A DNA stretch of 64,000 nucleotides, taken from the NCBI GenBank assembly GCA_964016885.1, contig OZ024743.1, forward strand, positions 212,598,001 through 212,662,000, read 5' to 3'. Of the stretch, positions 28,201 to 42,073 are shown piece by piece (the first letter of the stretch is position 1; the number at the start of each line of letters is the position of its first letter). The notes under the pieces were generated by a model, which was given only the letters and a program-made list of their open reading frames with translations, was not told the DNA's origin and ran no database searches. Made by a program: the position numbers and the translations under genes. Source of the stretch: Eledone cirrhosa. Its lineage: Eukaryota.

Positions 28201-31200
28201 ATAGATTGGTCTATAGATGATTGAGACAATAGAGTGGTCTATAGACGGTTGAGATAATAGAGTGGTCTATAGATTGTTGTGACAGTTGAGTGATCTATAG
28301 ATGATTGAGACAGTAGAGTGGTCTATAGATGGTTGAGACAGTAGAGTGGTCTAGAGATGGCTAAGACAGTAGAGTGGTCTACAGATGGTTGAGACAATAG
28401 AGTGGTATATAAATGGTTGAGACAGTAGAGTGGTCTATAGATGGTTGAAGTAGTAGAGTGGTCAATAGATGGTTGAAGTAGTAGAGAGGTCTATAGATGG
28501 TTGAGACAATAGAGTGGTCTATAGATGGTTGAGACAGTAGAGGGGTCTATAGATGGTTGAGACAGTAGAGTGGTCTATAGATGATTGAAGCAGTAGAGTG
28601 GTCTAAAGATGGTTGAGACAGTAGAGTGATCTATAGATGGTTGAAGTAGTAGAGTGGTCTATAGATATCTTAGACATTAGAGTGGTCTATAGATGGTTGA
28701 GACAGTAGAGTTGTCTATAGATGGTTGAGAGAGTAGAGTGGTCTATAGATGGTTGAGACATTAGAATGGTCTATAGATGGTTGAAGTAGTAGAGTGGTCT
28801 ATAGATGCTCGAGACAGTAGAGTGGTTTATAGATGGTTGAAGTAGTATAGTGGTCTATAGATGGTTGAAGTAGTAGAGTGGTCTATAGATGGTTGAGACA
28901 ATAGAGTAGTCTATAGATGTTTGAGACAATAGAGTGGTCTATAGACGGTTGAGACAATAGAGTGGTCTATAGATGGTTGAAGTAGTAGAGTGGTCAATAG
29001 ATGGTTGAGACAATAGAGTGGTCTATAGATGGTTTAGACAGTAGAGTGGTCTATAGATAGCGGAGAAAGTGTAGTGGTCTATAGATGGTTGAAGTAGTAG
29101 AGTGGTCTATAGATGGTTGTGACAGTAGAGTGATCTATAGATGAGTGAGACAGTAGAGTGATCTATAGATGGTTGAGACAATAGAGTGGTCTATAGATGG
29201 TTGAGACAGTAGAGTGGTCTATAGATGGTTGAAGTAGTAGAGTGGTCAATAGATGGTTGAAGTAGTAGAGAGGTCTATAGATGGTTGAGACAATAGAGTG
29301 GTCTATAGATGGTTTAGACAGTGGAGTGATCTATAGATAGCTGAGACAGTGTAGTGGTCTATAGATGGTTGAAGTAGTAGAGTGGTCTATAGATGCTTGA
29401 GACAGTAGAGTGGTCTATATATGCTTGAGACAGTAGAGTGGTCTCTAGATGGTTGTGACTATATAGTGGTCTATAGATGGTTGAGACAGTAGAGTGGTCT
29501 ATAGATGGTTGATACAGTAGAGTGGTTTATATATGGATGATGTAGTAGAGTGTTCTATAGATGGTTGAGACAATAGAGTGGTCTATAGATGGTTGAGACA
29601 GTAGAGTGGTCTATAGATGGTTGAGACAGTAGAGTGGTATATAGATGGTTAAGACAGTAGAGTGGTCTATAGATAGTTGAGACAGTAGAGTGGTCTATAG
29701 ATGGCTGAGACAATAGAGTGGTCTATATATGGTTGAGACAGTAGAGTGGTCTATATATGGTTGAGACAGTAGAGTGGTCTATAGATGGTTGAAGTAGTAG
29801 AGTGTTCTATATATGGTTGAAGTAGTAGAGTGGTCTATAGATGGTTGAGACAAAAGAGTAATCTATAGACGGTTGAGACAATAGAGTGGTCTATAGACGG
29901 TTGAGACAATAGAGTGGTCTATAGATGCTTGTAGTAGTAGACTGGTCTATAGATGGTTGAAGTAATAGAGTGGTCTATAGATCGTTGAGACAATAGATTT
30001 GTCTATAGATGGTTGAAGTATTAGAGTGGTCTATAGATGGTTGAGACAATAGAGTGGTCTATAGACGGTTGAGACAATAGAGTGGTCTATAGCTGGTTGA
30101 GACAATAGAGTGGTCTATAGACGGTTGAGACAATAGATTGGTCTATAGATGGTTGAGACAATAGAGAGGTCTATAGATGGTTGAGACAATAGAGTGGTCT
30201 ATAGATGGTTGAGACAGTAGAGTGGTCTATAGATGGTTGAAGTAGTAGAGTGGTCTATAGATATCTGAGACATTAGAGTGGTCTATAGATGGTTGAGACA
30301 GTAGAGTTGTCTATAGATGGTTGAGAGAGTAGAGTGGTCTATAGATGGTTGAGACATTAGAGTGATCTATAGATGGTTGAAGTAGTAGCGTGGTCTATAG
30401 ATACTCGAGACAATAGAGTAGTCTATAGATGCTCGAGACAGTAGAGTGGTCTATAGATGGTTGAGACAGTAAAGTGGTCAATAGATGGTTGAGACAGTAG
30501 AGTGGTCTATAGATGCTCGAGACAATAGAGTGGTCTATAGATGGTTGAGACAGTAGAGTGGTCTATAGATGGTTGAGACAGTAGAGTGGTCTATAGATGG
30601 TTGAGACAGTAGAGTGGTCTATAGATGCTCGAGACAATAGAGTAGTCTATAGATGGTTGAGACAGTAGAGTGGTCTATAGATGGTTGAGACAGTAGAGTG
30701 GTCTATAGATGTTTGAGACAATAGAGTGGTCTATAGATGGTTGAGACAATAGAGTGGTCTATAGATGGTTGAGGTAGTAGAGTGGTCTATAGATGGTTTG
30801 GACAATAGAGTGGTCTATAGATGGTTGAGACAATAGAGTGGTCTATAGATGGTTGAGACAATAGAGTGGTCCTTAGATGGTTGAGACAATAGAGTGGTCT
30901 ATAGATGGTTTAGACAGTAGAGTGGTCTATAGACGATTGAGACAATAGAGTGGTCTATAGATGGTTGAGACAGTAGAGTGTTCTATAGATGGTTGAGACA
31001 GTAAAGTGGTCAATAGATGGTTGAGACAGTAGAGTGGTCTATAGATGGTTGAGACAGTAGAGTGGTCTATAGATGGTTGAGACAGTAAAGTGGTCAATAG
31101 ATGGTTGAGACAGTAGAGTGGTCTATAGATGGTTGAGACAGTAGAGTGGTCTATAGATGGTTGAGACAGTAAAGTGGTCAATAGATGGTTGAGACAGTAA

Positions 31201-32127
31201 AGTGGTCAATAGATGGTTGAGACAGTAGAGTGGTCTATAGATGGTTGAGACAGTAGAGTGGTCTATAGATGGTTGAGACAGTAGAGTGGTCTATAGATGG
31301 TTGAGACAATAGAGTGGTCTATAGATGGTTGAGACAATAGAGTGGTCTATAGATCGTTGAGATAGTAGAGTGGTCTATAGATGGTTGAGACAATAGAGTG
31401 GTCTACATATGGTTGAGACAGTAGAGTGGTCTATAGATGATTGAGACAATAGAGTGGTCTATAGCTGGATGAGACAATAGAGTGGTCTATAGATGGTTGA
31501 GACTATAGAGTGGTCTATAGATGGTTGAGACAGTAGAGTGGTCTATAGATGGTTGAGACAGTAGAGTGGTCTATAAATGGTTGAAGTAGTAGAGTGGTTT
31601 ATAGCTTGTTGAGACAGTAGAGTGGTCTATAGATAGCTGAGACAGTACAGTGGTCTATAGATGGTTGAGACAATAGAGTGGTCTATAAATGGTTGAGACA
31701 ATAGAGTGGTCTAAAGATGGTTGAGACAGTAGAGTGATCTATAGATGGTTGAGACAATAGAGTGGTCTATAGATGGTTGAGACTATAGAGTGGTCTATAG
31801 ATGGTTGAGACAGTAGAGTGGTCTATAGATGGTTGAGACAGTAGAGTGGTCTATAAATGGTTGAAGTAGTAGAGTGGTCTATAGCTTGTTGAGACAGTAC
31901 AGTGGTCTATAGATAGCTGAGACAGTACAGTGGTCTATAGATGGTTGAGACAATAGAGTGGTCTATATATGGTTGAGACCGTAGAGTAGTCTATAGATGG
32001 TTGAGACAGTAGAGTGGTCTATAGATGGTTGAGACAGTAGAGTGGTCTATAGATGCTTGAGACAGTAGAGTGGTCTATAGATAGTTAAGACAGTAGAGTG
32101 GTCTATAGATGGTTGAGACAACAGAGT
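22299..32127. repeat. 28-bp satellite, about 350 copies
   Basis: Consensus TATAGATGGTTGAGACAGTAGAGTGGTC, with frequent GACAA and AGTAG variants. Confidence 0.98.
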
Positions 32128-32482
32128 ACAGAAATAAAATGCAGTGTCGCATTTACTTTCGTTCTGCTAATAGCAATTGAAATCCCGCTACGGGATATGG
32201 TAGAACCTGTAGCGGTGGAAACTCCCTGCTTTCTTGGCCACCGGACCACATTCCTATTCACTGTTATCGGAGCGGAATTGGCCGCCCGCAGGTGCGAGCC
32301 CCACGAGGTGCAGTAGCTGTTATAGCGCATCTCCCTCATCGTACTCTGGGGCAATGCATTCCTCATCCTGTTGGCCGGGTCCAGAGGTGAGGAGGGGGGT
32401 AATTAGTTGATAGTGGAGGATACTTGTTCGGACGTCACTTTCACACATGTATCGAATGTCTTTTTAACTGTTGTATAAATAA

Positions 32483-33661
32483 TTAGCAGTAAAGCCCGGC
32501 GTTGCTCGGGGTCGCTCAGTAGCTGTGTTAAAGTTACAATGTTAAGTTTCTTTTTTGGCTTAAAAACTGTAGTGTCTACTGTGCAGACTTGCATGTGGTG
32601 TTTTTGATTAATATTCCCTCAACCAACAATATGCCTTATGAAGTTAAGAAAACATAACGATAACCCGAATGTTATAACAAAAGAGGATGCTGGGGATAGA
32701 AACTGCACTGGTTATTTATTAACAAAGATCGAAAATGTAAACACTGCAACGCAGAGAAAAACATTAGCGTAACCAAATTATCAGTTATGTCTGTCTGCAC
32801 GCCTATATCACCTCTCTGCACGACTGTCTGTCTGCACGCCTATATCAACTCTCTGCACGACTGTCTGTCTGCACGCCTATATCACCTCTCTGCACGACTG
32901 TCTGTCTGCACGCCTATATCATATCTCTGCACGACTGTCTGTCTGCACGCCTATATCACCTCTCTGCACGACTGTCTGTCTGCACGACTGTCTGTCTGCA
33001 CGCCTAACGAAATTTACAGATACATATATTTTAAATAAACTTATATAATTTTTGCTTTTTTTTACGAAATATTTGCTTGTTTTACGTAGTCTTTAAATAG
33101 ACTTGTTTTCAAGTAAAAATATTGTTTTAAAAGGCTTTTAAATGGAAATGAAGCAAAACGGAAGCTTAGTGTTCGAACTGATGAATTTTGCAGGTCAAAA
33201 TTTTGCTGGCTCGACAACTGTTCGTGTATTGTGTTAATGTCATTTTAAACGCTGAGAAAGCCAGCGTAATTTTTTTAATTTTTGCCAGCGTAATTTTTTT
33301 AATTTTTGCACGCAGAAAATGTAAACAGAACGTAAGACGCTACGCTGAATGTAAACAGAACAAAGGGAAATCATTTTTTTAATTTTTGCACGCAGAAAAT
33401 GTAAAGAGAACGTAAGACGCTACGCTGAATGTAAACAGAACAAAGGGAAATAACTGATCACTTACGCTCAAAAATCGATACATTATATTCGATTTCGTCA
33501 GATAGGGCGGGTCAATTTGAAATATTTTTTTTCCGATGTCTTCGCTAGGGCTCAATGTACAAGTATAGCAATTTCGGTGCAATTCCGTGAGAGATTCTAA
33601 GAGGAGATGTGTGCCAAAAATCGATAGACAGACAGACAACCTCAGTTTTATATATATAGAT
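32483..33661 (-). mobile_element. Non-autonomous Helitron-like element with an internal 37-bp minisatellite (32788-33005)
   Basis: Minus 5' end a|TCtatatatataaaactg; 3' hairpin cccg-agcaacgc-cggg followed by CTAA|t. Confidence 0.7.
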
Positions 33662-33840
33662 TGTTTCTACCTTTGGCACAAGGCCAGCAATTATTCCAGT
33701 GTATTACTGGTACTTTATTTTATCGACCCCGTAAGGATGAAAGGCACAGTTAACCTCGGCGGGATTTGAACTCAGACCATAAAGGGACGTAACTCTTTGC
33801 TGCATAGCATGGCGTCCGACCCTCTAGCGATACTGCCAAT
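33662..33840 (-). mobile_element. SINE family 1
   Basis: ctggtactttattttatcgaccccgtaaggatgaaaggc...ggatttgaactc. Confidence 0.88.
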
Positions 33841-33971
33841 ATAAATAATATTTCATTCTATGAAATGTGTACCGTCTCAAAAAAGCAACAACAAAAAGCT
33901 ACCATGATTAGATAAAATAGATTATATGTTATCTGTATTCGAACGTATCAATAGATAAATGGAAATGAAGA

Positions 33972-34059
33972 AACAGTGACAGCTATGTTTTCAATGGTGA
34001 CCATTGCTACGTGATGGTTTCATTACGCAACCACTCACACGATATCATCAGACACCACC
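33972..34059 (-). ncRNA. Degenerate hammerhead motif
   Basis: gu CUGAUGA uaucgug...caccauu GAAA acauagcug UC ac; weak stem I and an extra A. Confidence 0.5.
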
Positions 34060-34215
34060 TTGTGTAATAAGGTTACGTTTCCGAGGCAATCTAATCTAAA
34101 GACAAGGAAACAGACAGAAGTGATGTTTTCATAGCCGAAGTCCGAAGCCATTTCCTTATATATATGTGTGTGTGTACACACACACACACACGCACACGCA
34201 CACACACATACATAT

Positions 34216-34288
<73 letters not shown>

Positions 34289-34446
34289 GAGAATGAGATA
34301 ACACCGCTAGCAGAAAACGTTGACTGTTGGTCTAAATGAAAATATTTTAGAACATTATAAATAAAACTTGCACTAATTTTAAAAGGAGTGCAACGACTTT
34401 GTGACAGACAGGTAAAAATGCAGTACAATCAGTATAATATAGATTA

Positions 34447-35730
34447 CTAGCATTAAAGCCCGGCGTTGCTCGGGGTCATTAAGTTAACAAAGTTAGGTTG
34501 CAGCACTTTTTTGTCTGCCAGGCACTGGGTGAATGAATTGCAGACCTGGAAGCATGAGCTGCGCCAGCAGTGACAATTGTAGTTTCGCCTATGGATATTA
34601 TCTCTGTGCAAAAAAGTGTTGAAATTTATTGTTTCACAGTACTTGCGCAACACGCGAGTAGACGATGCCAGCCGAACAACAGAGCTGCGATGGAGTTGTT
34701 CTGCATGGTTGTCTGTGTGTTTTCTAAATTTAAGACAGTAGGGAGGGTTGTGATATGAGGGAGAGTTAGCTGTTGTTTCTAGCAGGTTTAGTGACCTCAT
34801 AGAGGCTATGTGTTTTCTAAATTTAAGACAGTAGGGAGTGGTGTGATATGAGGGAGAGTTAGCTGCTGTTTCTAGCAGGTTTAGTGACCTCATAGAGGAT
34901 ATGTTTTCTAAATTTAAGACAGTAGGGAGGGTGTGATATGAGGGAGAGTTAGCTGCTGTTTCTAGCAGGTTTAGTGACCTCATAGAAGATATGTTTTCTA
35001 AATTTAAGACAGTAGGGAGGGGTATGATATGGGGGAGAGTTAGCTGCTGTTTCTAGCAGGTTTAGTAACCTCATAGAGGATATGTGTTTTCTAAATTTAA
35101 GACAGTAGGGAGTGGTGTGATATGAGGGAGAGTTAGCTGCTGTTTCTAGCAGGTTTAGTAACCTCATAGAGGATATGTGTTTTCTAAATTTAAGACAGTA
35201 GGGAGTAGTGTGATATGAGGGAGAGTTAGCTGCTGTTTCTAGCAGGTTTAGTGACCTCATAGAGGATATTATTGTTTATCATCTATATATATAAAACTGA
35301 CTGCACGCCTAACGAAATTTACAGATACATATATTTTAAATAAACTTATATAATTTTTGCTTTTTTTTACGAAATATTTGCTTGTTTTACGTAGTCTTTA
35401 AATAGACTTGTTTTCAAGTAAAAATTATTGTGTTAATGTCATTTTAAACGCTGAGAAAGCCAGCGTAATTTTTTTAATTTTTGTACGCAGACGCTCAATG
35501 TAAACAGAACAAAGGGAAATAACTGATCACTTACGCTCAAAAATCGATACATTATATTCGATTTCGTCAGATAGGGCGGGTCAATTTGAAATATTTTTTT
35601 TCCGATGTCTTCGCTAGGGCTCAATGTACAAGTATAGCAATTTCGGTGCAATTCCGTCGGAGATTCTAAGAGGAGATGTGTGCCAAAAATCGATAGACAG
35701 ACAGACAACCACAGTTTTATATATATAGAT
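34447..35730 (-). mobile_element. Second Helitron-like element with six 90-93-bp tandem units (about 34715-35268)
   Basis: Same 5' end and 3' hairpin plus CTAG|t. 35300-35730 aligns with 32996-33661, with deletions. Confidence 0.72.
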
Positions 35731-35805
35731 TATTATTGTTGTTGTTTGTATTATTTTTGTTATTATAATTATTTTTATTATTATTTATTATTATCATCAT
35801 CATAA

Positions 35806-36000
35806 AGGCGGTGAATTAGCAGCATCGGTAGAGCGTCAGACACCCTGCTTTGTAGCATAGAGTCACGGCCCTTTACGTTGTGAGTTCAAATCCCGCCAAG
35901 GTTAACTTCGCTTTTCATCCTTACGGGGTCGATAAAATAAAGTACCAGCAATACACTGGGATAATTGCTGTCCTTGTGCCAAATGTAGAAACAATTATTA
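35806..36000 (+). mobile_element. SINE family 1, full length
   Basis: ggcggtgaattagcag...gagttcaaatccc...gataaaataaagtaccag...(att)n tail. Confidence 0.9.
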
Positions 36001-36147
36001 TCATCATAATTGTTGTTGTTATTACTATTATAATTCATTTTGCAGGCATTTGGATGTGATTCCAGATTTCCCCCGGACCATTATGGAAATGATCTAGCTT
36101 GTAGTGTAAACGTATAGAAATATGTCAGGATCAGAAGGAATTGTAAC

Positions 36148-36612
36148 CAGTGCCGGATTAAGGACAAACGAGGCCCTGCGCTAGTTAAGTTATGAGGCCC
36201 TGTGATAGTTAAGTTATGAGGCCCTGTGCTAGTTAAGTTATGAGGCCCCGTGATAGTTCAGTTATGAGGCCCTGTGTTAATTAAGTTATGAGGCCCTGTC
36301 ATAGTTAAGTTATGAGGCCCTGTGATAGTTAAGTTATGAGGCTCTGTGATAGTTAAGTTATGAGGCCCTGTGATAGTTAAGTTATGAGGCTCTGTGATAG
36401 TTAAGTTATGAGGCTCTGTGCTAGTTAAGTTATGAGGCCCCGTGATAGTTCAGTTATGTGATTGTTAAGTTATGAGGCCCCTTTGAACGTTTGACATTTG
36501 AAAAACATTGGAAAAATTAATTGTGAAAAATTTGTTGGCAGAAGATGAGTTCCCCTAGCCAATGGGGCCTTATGCTGAAGCAAACCCAAGCACAATGGTA
36601 AAACTGGTACTG
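36148..36612. mobile_element. hAT-like MITE with an internal 24-bp minisatellite
   Basis: Ends cagtgccgg / ctggtactg; 8-bp TSD attgtaac / attgcaac; about 12 copies of gttaagttatgaggccctgtgata. Confidence 0.8.
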
Positions 36613-36820
36613 ATTGCAACTAAATGTTTTTATACCGAATATTTGCACACCCACTGAATAAAATATTTACTTTATAAACGTTTATCTTCTTTTAACTTCA
36701 AGCCTCTAAATTAAATGACAACCCGCAGAGAGACCCTCTACATGCTCTCTCGACTTGCTGAATATACCATCCAGATACCACCTAAGTAACATTATACCAC
36801 ATTAGAAAATTTAATTTATA

Positions 36821-36855
<35 letters not shown>

Positions 36856-36886
36856 CACGCACACGCACACGCACACACACACGTGA

Positions 36887-37244
36887 AGGCGCATGGCTTA
36901 GTGGTTACGCAGTAGGCTTGCAATCGAAAGGTTGTGAGTTCAATTCTCGGACCGGGTGATGTGTTGTTTCCTTGAGCAAGACACTTTATTTCACTTTGCT
37001 CCAGTTTGCTCAGCTGAAAATGAGTACCAGCAATAGCTGTAGGTTTAACCCTGCGATGGACTGGAGTCCCGTCCAGCGGGTAGTCTTGTACTCTCAGTCG
37101 CTTCACGCCATGAAACCGGGATAAGCACCGGCCAAATAAGCCTTCTGGCTTAAGACAGACTTTAGACTTACGGCCTGCCCGCCCAGCCAGTGGGATGGCG
37201 TCATCGTACAGCTAAAACAGCACGTGCTGTGACACACACACACA

Positions 37245-37288
<44 letters not shown>

Positions 37289-37290
37289 CA
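36887..37290 (+). mobile_element. SINE family 2 (tRNA head, CORE-like), full length with (CA)/(CGCA) tail
   Basis: tggcttagtggtt; gagttcaattctc; ccttgagcaagacactttatttcac. Confidence 0.85.
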
Positions 37291-37874
37291 TTTATAAAGT
37301 CGTGTACCAAGCAACTAAAGTGTATGATAAAGCTATATATACAGAATAGAGGTAACCGTGACTGCATAAAATTGTATACAAATTGTTTTTCTCATTTTTA
37401 GTATATGTAAACATCCCAAATATACGCAGATCCCTGTGAATTGGAAAAATAATAAACATCTTTAACCATCAGTGTGTACATCATAGAAACAACTAAAATG
37501 AAATACGTAACCGAGGGGATTATATACTCTATCATTTATACCAGTATCCTGATGTAGACGTACTAATAGATTTTAAAAAAATTGTCTAAAATTATAAAGA
37601 ATCCAAGAAAAACGCGTCTGAAAACATAGCTTGCCATTACCTCCACAAATCTTACAATGTATTTGAAGTACATACTTGGAGAAAGCTTATCTTTCATGGA
37701 CGTCGATAAGTGAAGAGGACCAAATAATTAGTTATACGAGAGTTATTAATAAGAACATATTTCTTATTTTAAATTTATTACCTGTAATTTACTGCACATA
37801 GTTTATATATATCCTCCACCAGTACATCTTATTCAGCTAAACACGCCATATATCGAAAGTATCTTCTTCATTTT

Positions 37875-38067
37875 ATCGCTTCTCGGCATTTTGGCTAAGA
37901 TAAAAGTGTATTATCTGTTTCTATCAGCTTAATATCAACTTGATATGTTCCTAATATAGGAACTCTGATGTTAAACTGATTTTTCTTTACCATCGAAGAT
38001 GATGGAGCTTGCTCCAGCTTTGTCATGTGTTGACCTGGTATTGAAGTACATCCAGGATTTAGCCCAT
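37875..38067 (+). pseudogene. U2: U2 snRNA-derived copy, probably a pseudogene
   Basis: ATCGCTTCTCGGCaTTTTGGCTAAGAT..., Sm-like GATTTTT, GGAGCTTGCTCC, CCTGGTATTG.AGTAC.TCCAGG. Branch-recognition GTGTAGTA is mutated to GTGTATTA. Confidence 0.9.
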
Positions 38068-39427
38068 CACCTTAAGTGAGATATATTAAATAAAAAAATT
38101 AGACTACTATCTCAAATAACTAATGAAGTATATTTATTTTAATAACACGATTCGTGTTCCTTTCCACTAAGCAATTAACCAGCAAATATTTACCGTAAAC
38201 ATAGCTGCACATATCACACTCTGGCGAGGAGATGGTGAGAACCTATTTAAAAATACACCTGTTTCTTACCATAATAAAAATAATACTTTCATTGCTAATA
38301 AATATTTTTTTAAAAAGCCCATAATTATACAAAAACCACGAGCAACTCGTCTCAAAATACAGCTTGCGGATTCATATACAAATTTTACAATGTATTTGAA
38401 GTACATATTTGAAGAAAGCTTGTCTTTCATGGACTTCGACAAATGAAGAGAAGAAAATCATTAGATATACGAGAGTTATGAATAAGAAAATATTTCTTAT
38501 TCCAAATTTGTTACATGTAATTTATTGCATATATTATTTACGTGCTTGAAGCCCTTGTGGTCATTTCCTCAGAGCATCTAAGTGTAAATCATGAATATTC
38601 TTGATCCCAGGGCTTCGCATTGAAGATGTGCAAACGCCGAAGAAGACTAAAATAAGTTTGAATGTTAATAGTTGTAAATATTGTTACTAAGACAGTACGG
38701 AAGTTAGATTCTAATTAACAGTGAAGTCTATCAGAGACCAAATTCCTGTGATTTAATGGGTTTTTGTTTTGTTAGTTGACATTTTTACTGGTCTGAACAA
38801 AACAAATGAATGAAACCCTCTGAATGTAACAACCATTCAGACCAGAAAATAATCTTATTTCTCACTTGAAAATGTCAACTTTAATTTCAGGCCATGTCGA
38901 AACAATATTTATCTATGGTTGTGGCTGTTTTGTTTGTTTCCAAATCAAATACTGCATCTGTGTGAATCATCTATTGACCTTTTACAACACCATGCACGAT
39001 TTCCTCTCTATTTAAGCTCCTAAATAAACCACTATGTAGATCTCTCTATTATGTCATTCTACAATTAAAAAAACAAAACAAGAATTATGACATCTGCAGA
39101 CAAAAATGTCTTTTATCCAATAGCCCCACAATATCATATTTCTTGATTAAATGTTTTCAGTGACAACATGAAATCAGTATAAATGCCATACTCACTCTAA
39201 TATCTTCACTTACACCTACTTATCCACTTGCTCAGGAGAATCTCTATAACTTATGGGCACACACATATTATTTGATCAAACAGTTTAATTAACAATGAAA
39301 ACAAAGTATTTATGATAACAAGAAAGCCTACTGAAGTAGCAAGGAATTAAAGTTAGGCCTTACATCGAACTTTACCGAAACAATAACCATGGTAATATTT
39401 ATTTATAGCAACATAAACCTCCATTCC

Positions 39428-39575
39428 AAGCGGAAAATTGGCAGAGTCGTTAGATAGAATGCTTTGCGGTATTCATTTCGACTCCCTACTCTCTGTGTTC
39501 AAATCCCGCCGAGGTCAACTTTGCCTTTCATCCATTCGAGGTCGATAAAAAAATTACCAGTCTAGTACTGGGGTC
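39428..39575 (+). mobile_element. SINE family 1, older copy
   Basis: gttcaaatcccgccgaggtcaactttgcctttcatcc. Confidence 0.85.
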
Positions 39576-41674
39576 TTTTCTTCCTCTATATCCCTTTCTC
39601 ATTTCCATACACTCACTCTCTTTATCCTTCTCACGAAGAAATCTGTTCTATTCAGACCTGGAGTTTTAAAATGCATAGAAACACCGCATGTCAATACGGC
39701 GCCCCGACGACCCCGTCAGAAGTTACGAAACCATGCATGCATGCAAACCTACATTCAGTGACTCAAGTTTTATGCTACTTCAAATTTATGCCTTAGATAA
39801 ACAAAATGGAGTGATAAGTTAACTGTATGCTGTGTATTGGGATTATTTTTTGAGCTCCAGTATATCACCAGTAGCAGCAGGCTACACTAATTCATAGGCT
39901 TGGCGAGTTCAAGTGCTAATGAGCTCATATATCTCTAGAAATAGAAAGGTGCTGCTAATATCAATATTTCTATTATCCTTCTACCTTTCACTCACTATAT
40001 CTATTACAGCTCTCTCTCTCTCTTCCATCTCTCCCATTCTGTATCTCTCTCTCTAATTTTCCCCCTCTCTTGCATCACTACAGCCTCCAATAATATGCAC
40101 TTGTTCAACTTTAAGCAGCTTCTTCTCTTATACATCTCATTCTGTAGGTTTATCTTGTTCAGAATGTTTATAATTAAAAACAATAACCAAGTTACTTACT
40201 TGTGACGGCATGAAAGCTAATGGTTAGGGTGTTGGGCTCACGATCCTAATGTCGTCGGTCAGATTTCTGAACTAGGTGGAACCTTTTTTTTTTACTTAAG
40301 TAAAACACTTCATTTATTTGAAAGCACAAGAAAGCATCGGCTGCTTCAGCAATGCATGAATAGGTCACTTTCATTTTTTCTCTTATCTTTGTGATAGGTT
40401 CAAGAACAAACGTAGAACTGCATTGTTTTATACTTATTCTCACACAAAGAGCTTCTGAGAGTTTGGAAGATTACCTATACGTGGTTTAGAAGAATAAGGT
40501 ATATCTGTAGACAGGTTACAATTGGTTTCTTTACTTTATCAGCAAACAGAAAGTGGCTACGAAAAGACTACTACATATAGAACAGAAAAAAATAAGGATA
40601 AAGATTATTAGACAGCACGGCCTACATACTCTAAAGAAAACTAATTTCAATATCAATAAAAATGCCACCTGCATGAACAATGCTTGCAATAACAAAATTC
40701 GCATACACACACGACTGTGCAGCACTAAATGAAAAGTATTTTTGAGAATGGGAGTTTTACTTGATGCACCATTGAAATAGATATACTCAACGCAATCAAT
40801 CACAAAAAAGTGATGGCTTAGCAAATTATATTAACCCACACAGCTTGACCTTGCTTAAGAAGAAAATTTACGTATTTGTACATGATTAAAAATTGGCAGG
40901 TACTTTCACTTGCATTTCAAACAGCATCTGGAAAGGGATATGTTTAGTGTGTGGAGAAAAATACTCGTTATCCAATGCAGTAAAGCCTGTCTGCCTGGTA
41001 TCTAGAACTGATGAGAATATCAGTGAAAAGACAAGCTAAAATTATGAGGCACACATTCACTTTTATATTTGTAGATTAATGCTTGAGCCAAAGAAACACA
41101 AAAGTGAAGGTCAGGGTAATGGGTCATGACATTGACTTCTGGCTCGTTCTCAGCTTTGCATCGCAGTATAATGGGTGATCACTTCAGGGTGACAAGAGAA
41201 GACGTATGATTGGAGGTAATCAGTGTTGACTTACAAGTCCCAGTGACTTCTGAAAATTAGGGAGCTGAACTATAACTATGTTTAGTGGAGGGGAGCAGAA
41301 ACAAATGACATGACAATGATGGTGCAGGGGCAAAAAGCCCATTTTCTGTCACTGTTGTTGTAAGAAAGTCCCAGAAGAGTGGGAAAAGTGGACAGGAAAA
41401 GAAGGCGATGGAGACCAAGAAAAGCAACAACAGGCATCATTCTTTAGAACAGGAGTTCTCAACCTGGACTCTGTGGAAACTTAGGATTCCGTATCAATAA
41501 TTTTTGTTTTTATAGCAAGATTTTACTGCTGTTCTAATGCTTATTGCAGTGATAGGTTTTAAGTCCCGTTATCTTTTTGTTCATCTGTGAAGGATCCATG
41601 AAAAGGTCGGAGCTCTTGCTGTAGAGCACCATTGGTCATAACGACGATAACAACAACAGCAATAATAATAATAA

Positions 41675-42042
41675 TGGTTCCTGATATAGGCACACGGCCA
41701 ACAATGTTTTGGGCGGGGAAAGTCGATTAAATCGACCCCTGACCGTAAAGGGCCGTAACTCTATGCTGCAAAGCATAGTGTCCGACGCTCTATCGATGCT
41801 ACCAATTCACCACCCTTAATAATGATTTTTTTATTTAGGCAAAAGGCCAACAATTTTGGGGGAGGGGAAAGTTGATTAAATGGACCACAGTGCGTTACTG
41901 GTACTTTATTTTATCGACCCCGTAAGGATGAAAGATAAAGCTAACCTCCGCGGGATTTGAACTCAGAATGTAAAGAGCCGTAACTCTATGCTGCTAAGCA
42001 TGTTGTCCAACGCTCTACAGACACTGTTAATCTACTGCCCTT

Positions 42043-42073
<31 letters not shown>

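Noticed and set aside
22299-32127. CRISPR-like regularity of the 28-bp repeat
   Set aside because: Units are contiguous with no unique spacers, there are no cas genes, and the context is eukaryotic.
33465-33510. Minus-strand CUGACGA followed by a hairpin (also near 35545-35580)
   Set aside because: No GAAA/UH half of the core.
41000-41035. CUGAUGA...GAAA on the plus strand
   Set aside because: No stem I or II and no NUH site; chance match.
40246-41200. Short ORFs in moderately complex sequence
   Set aside because: No recognisable motif or splice structure; BLASTX would be needed.
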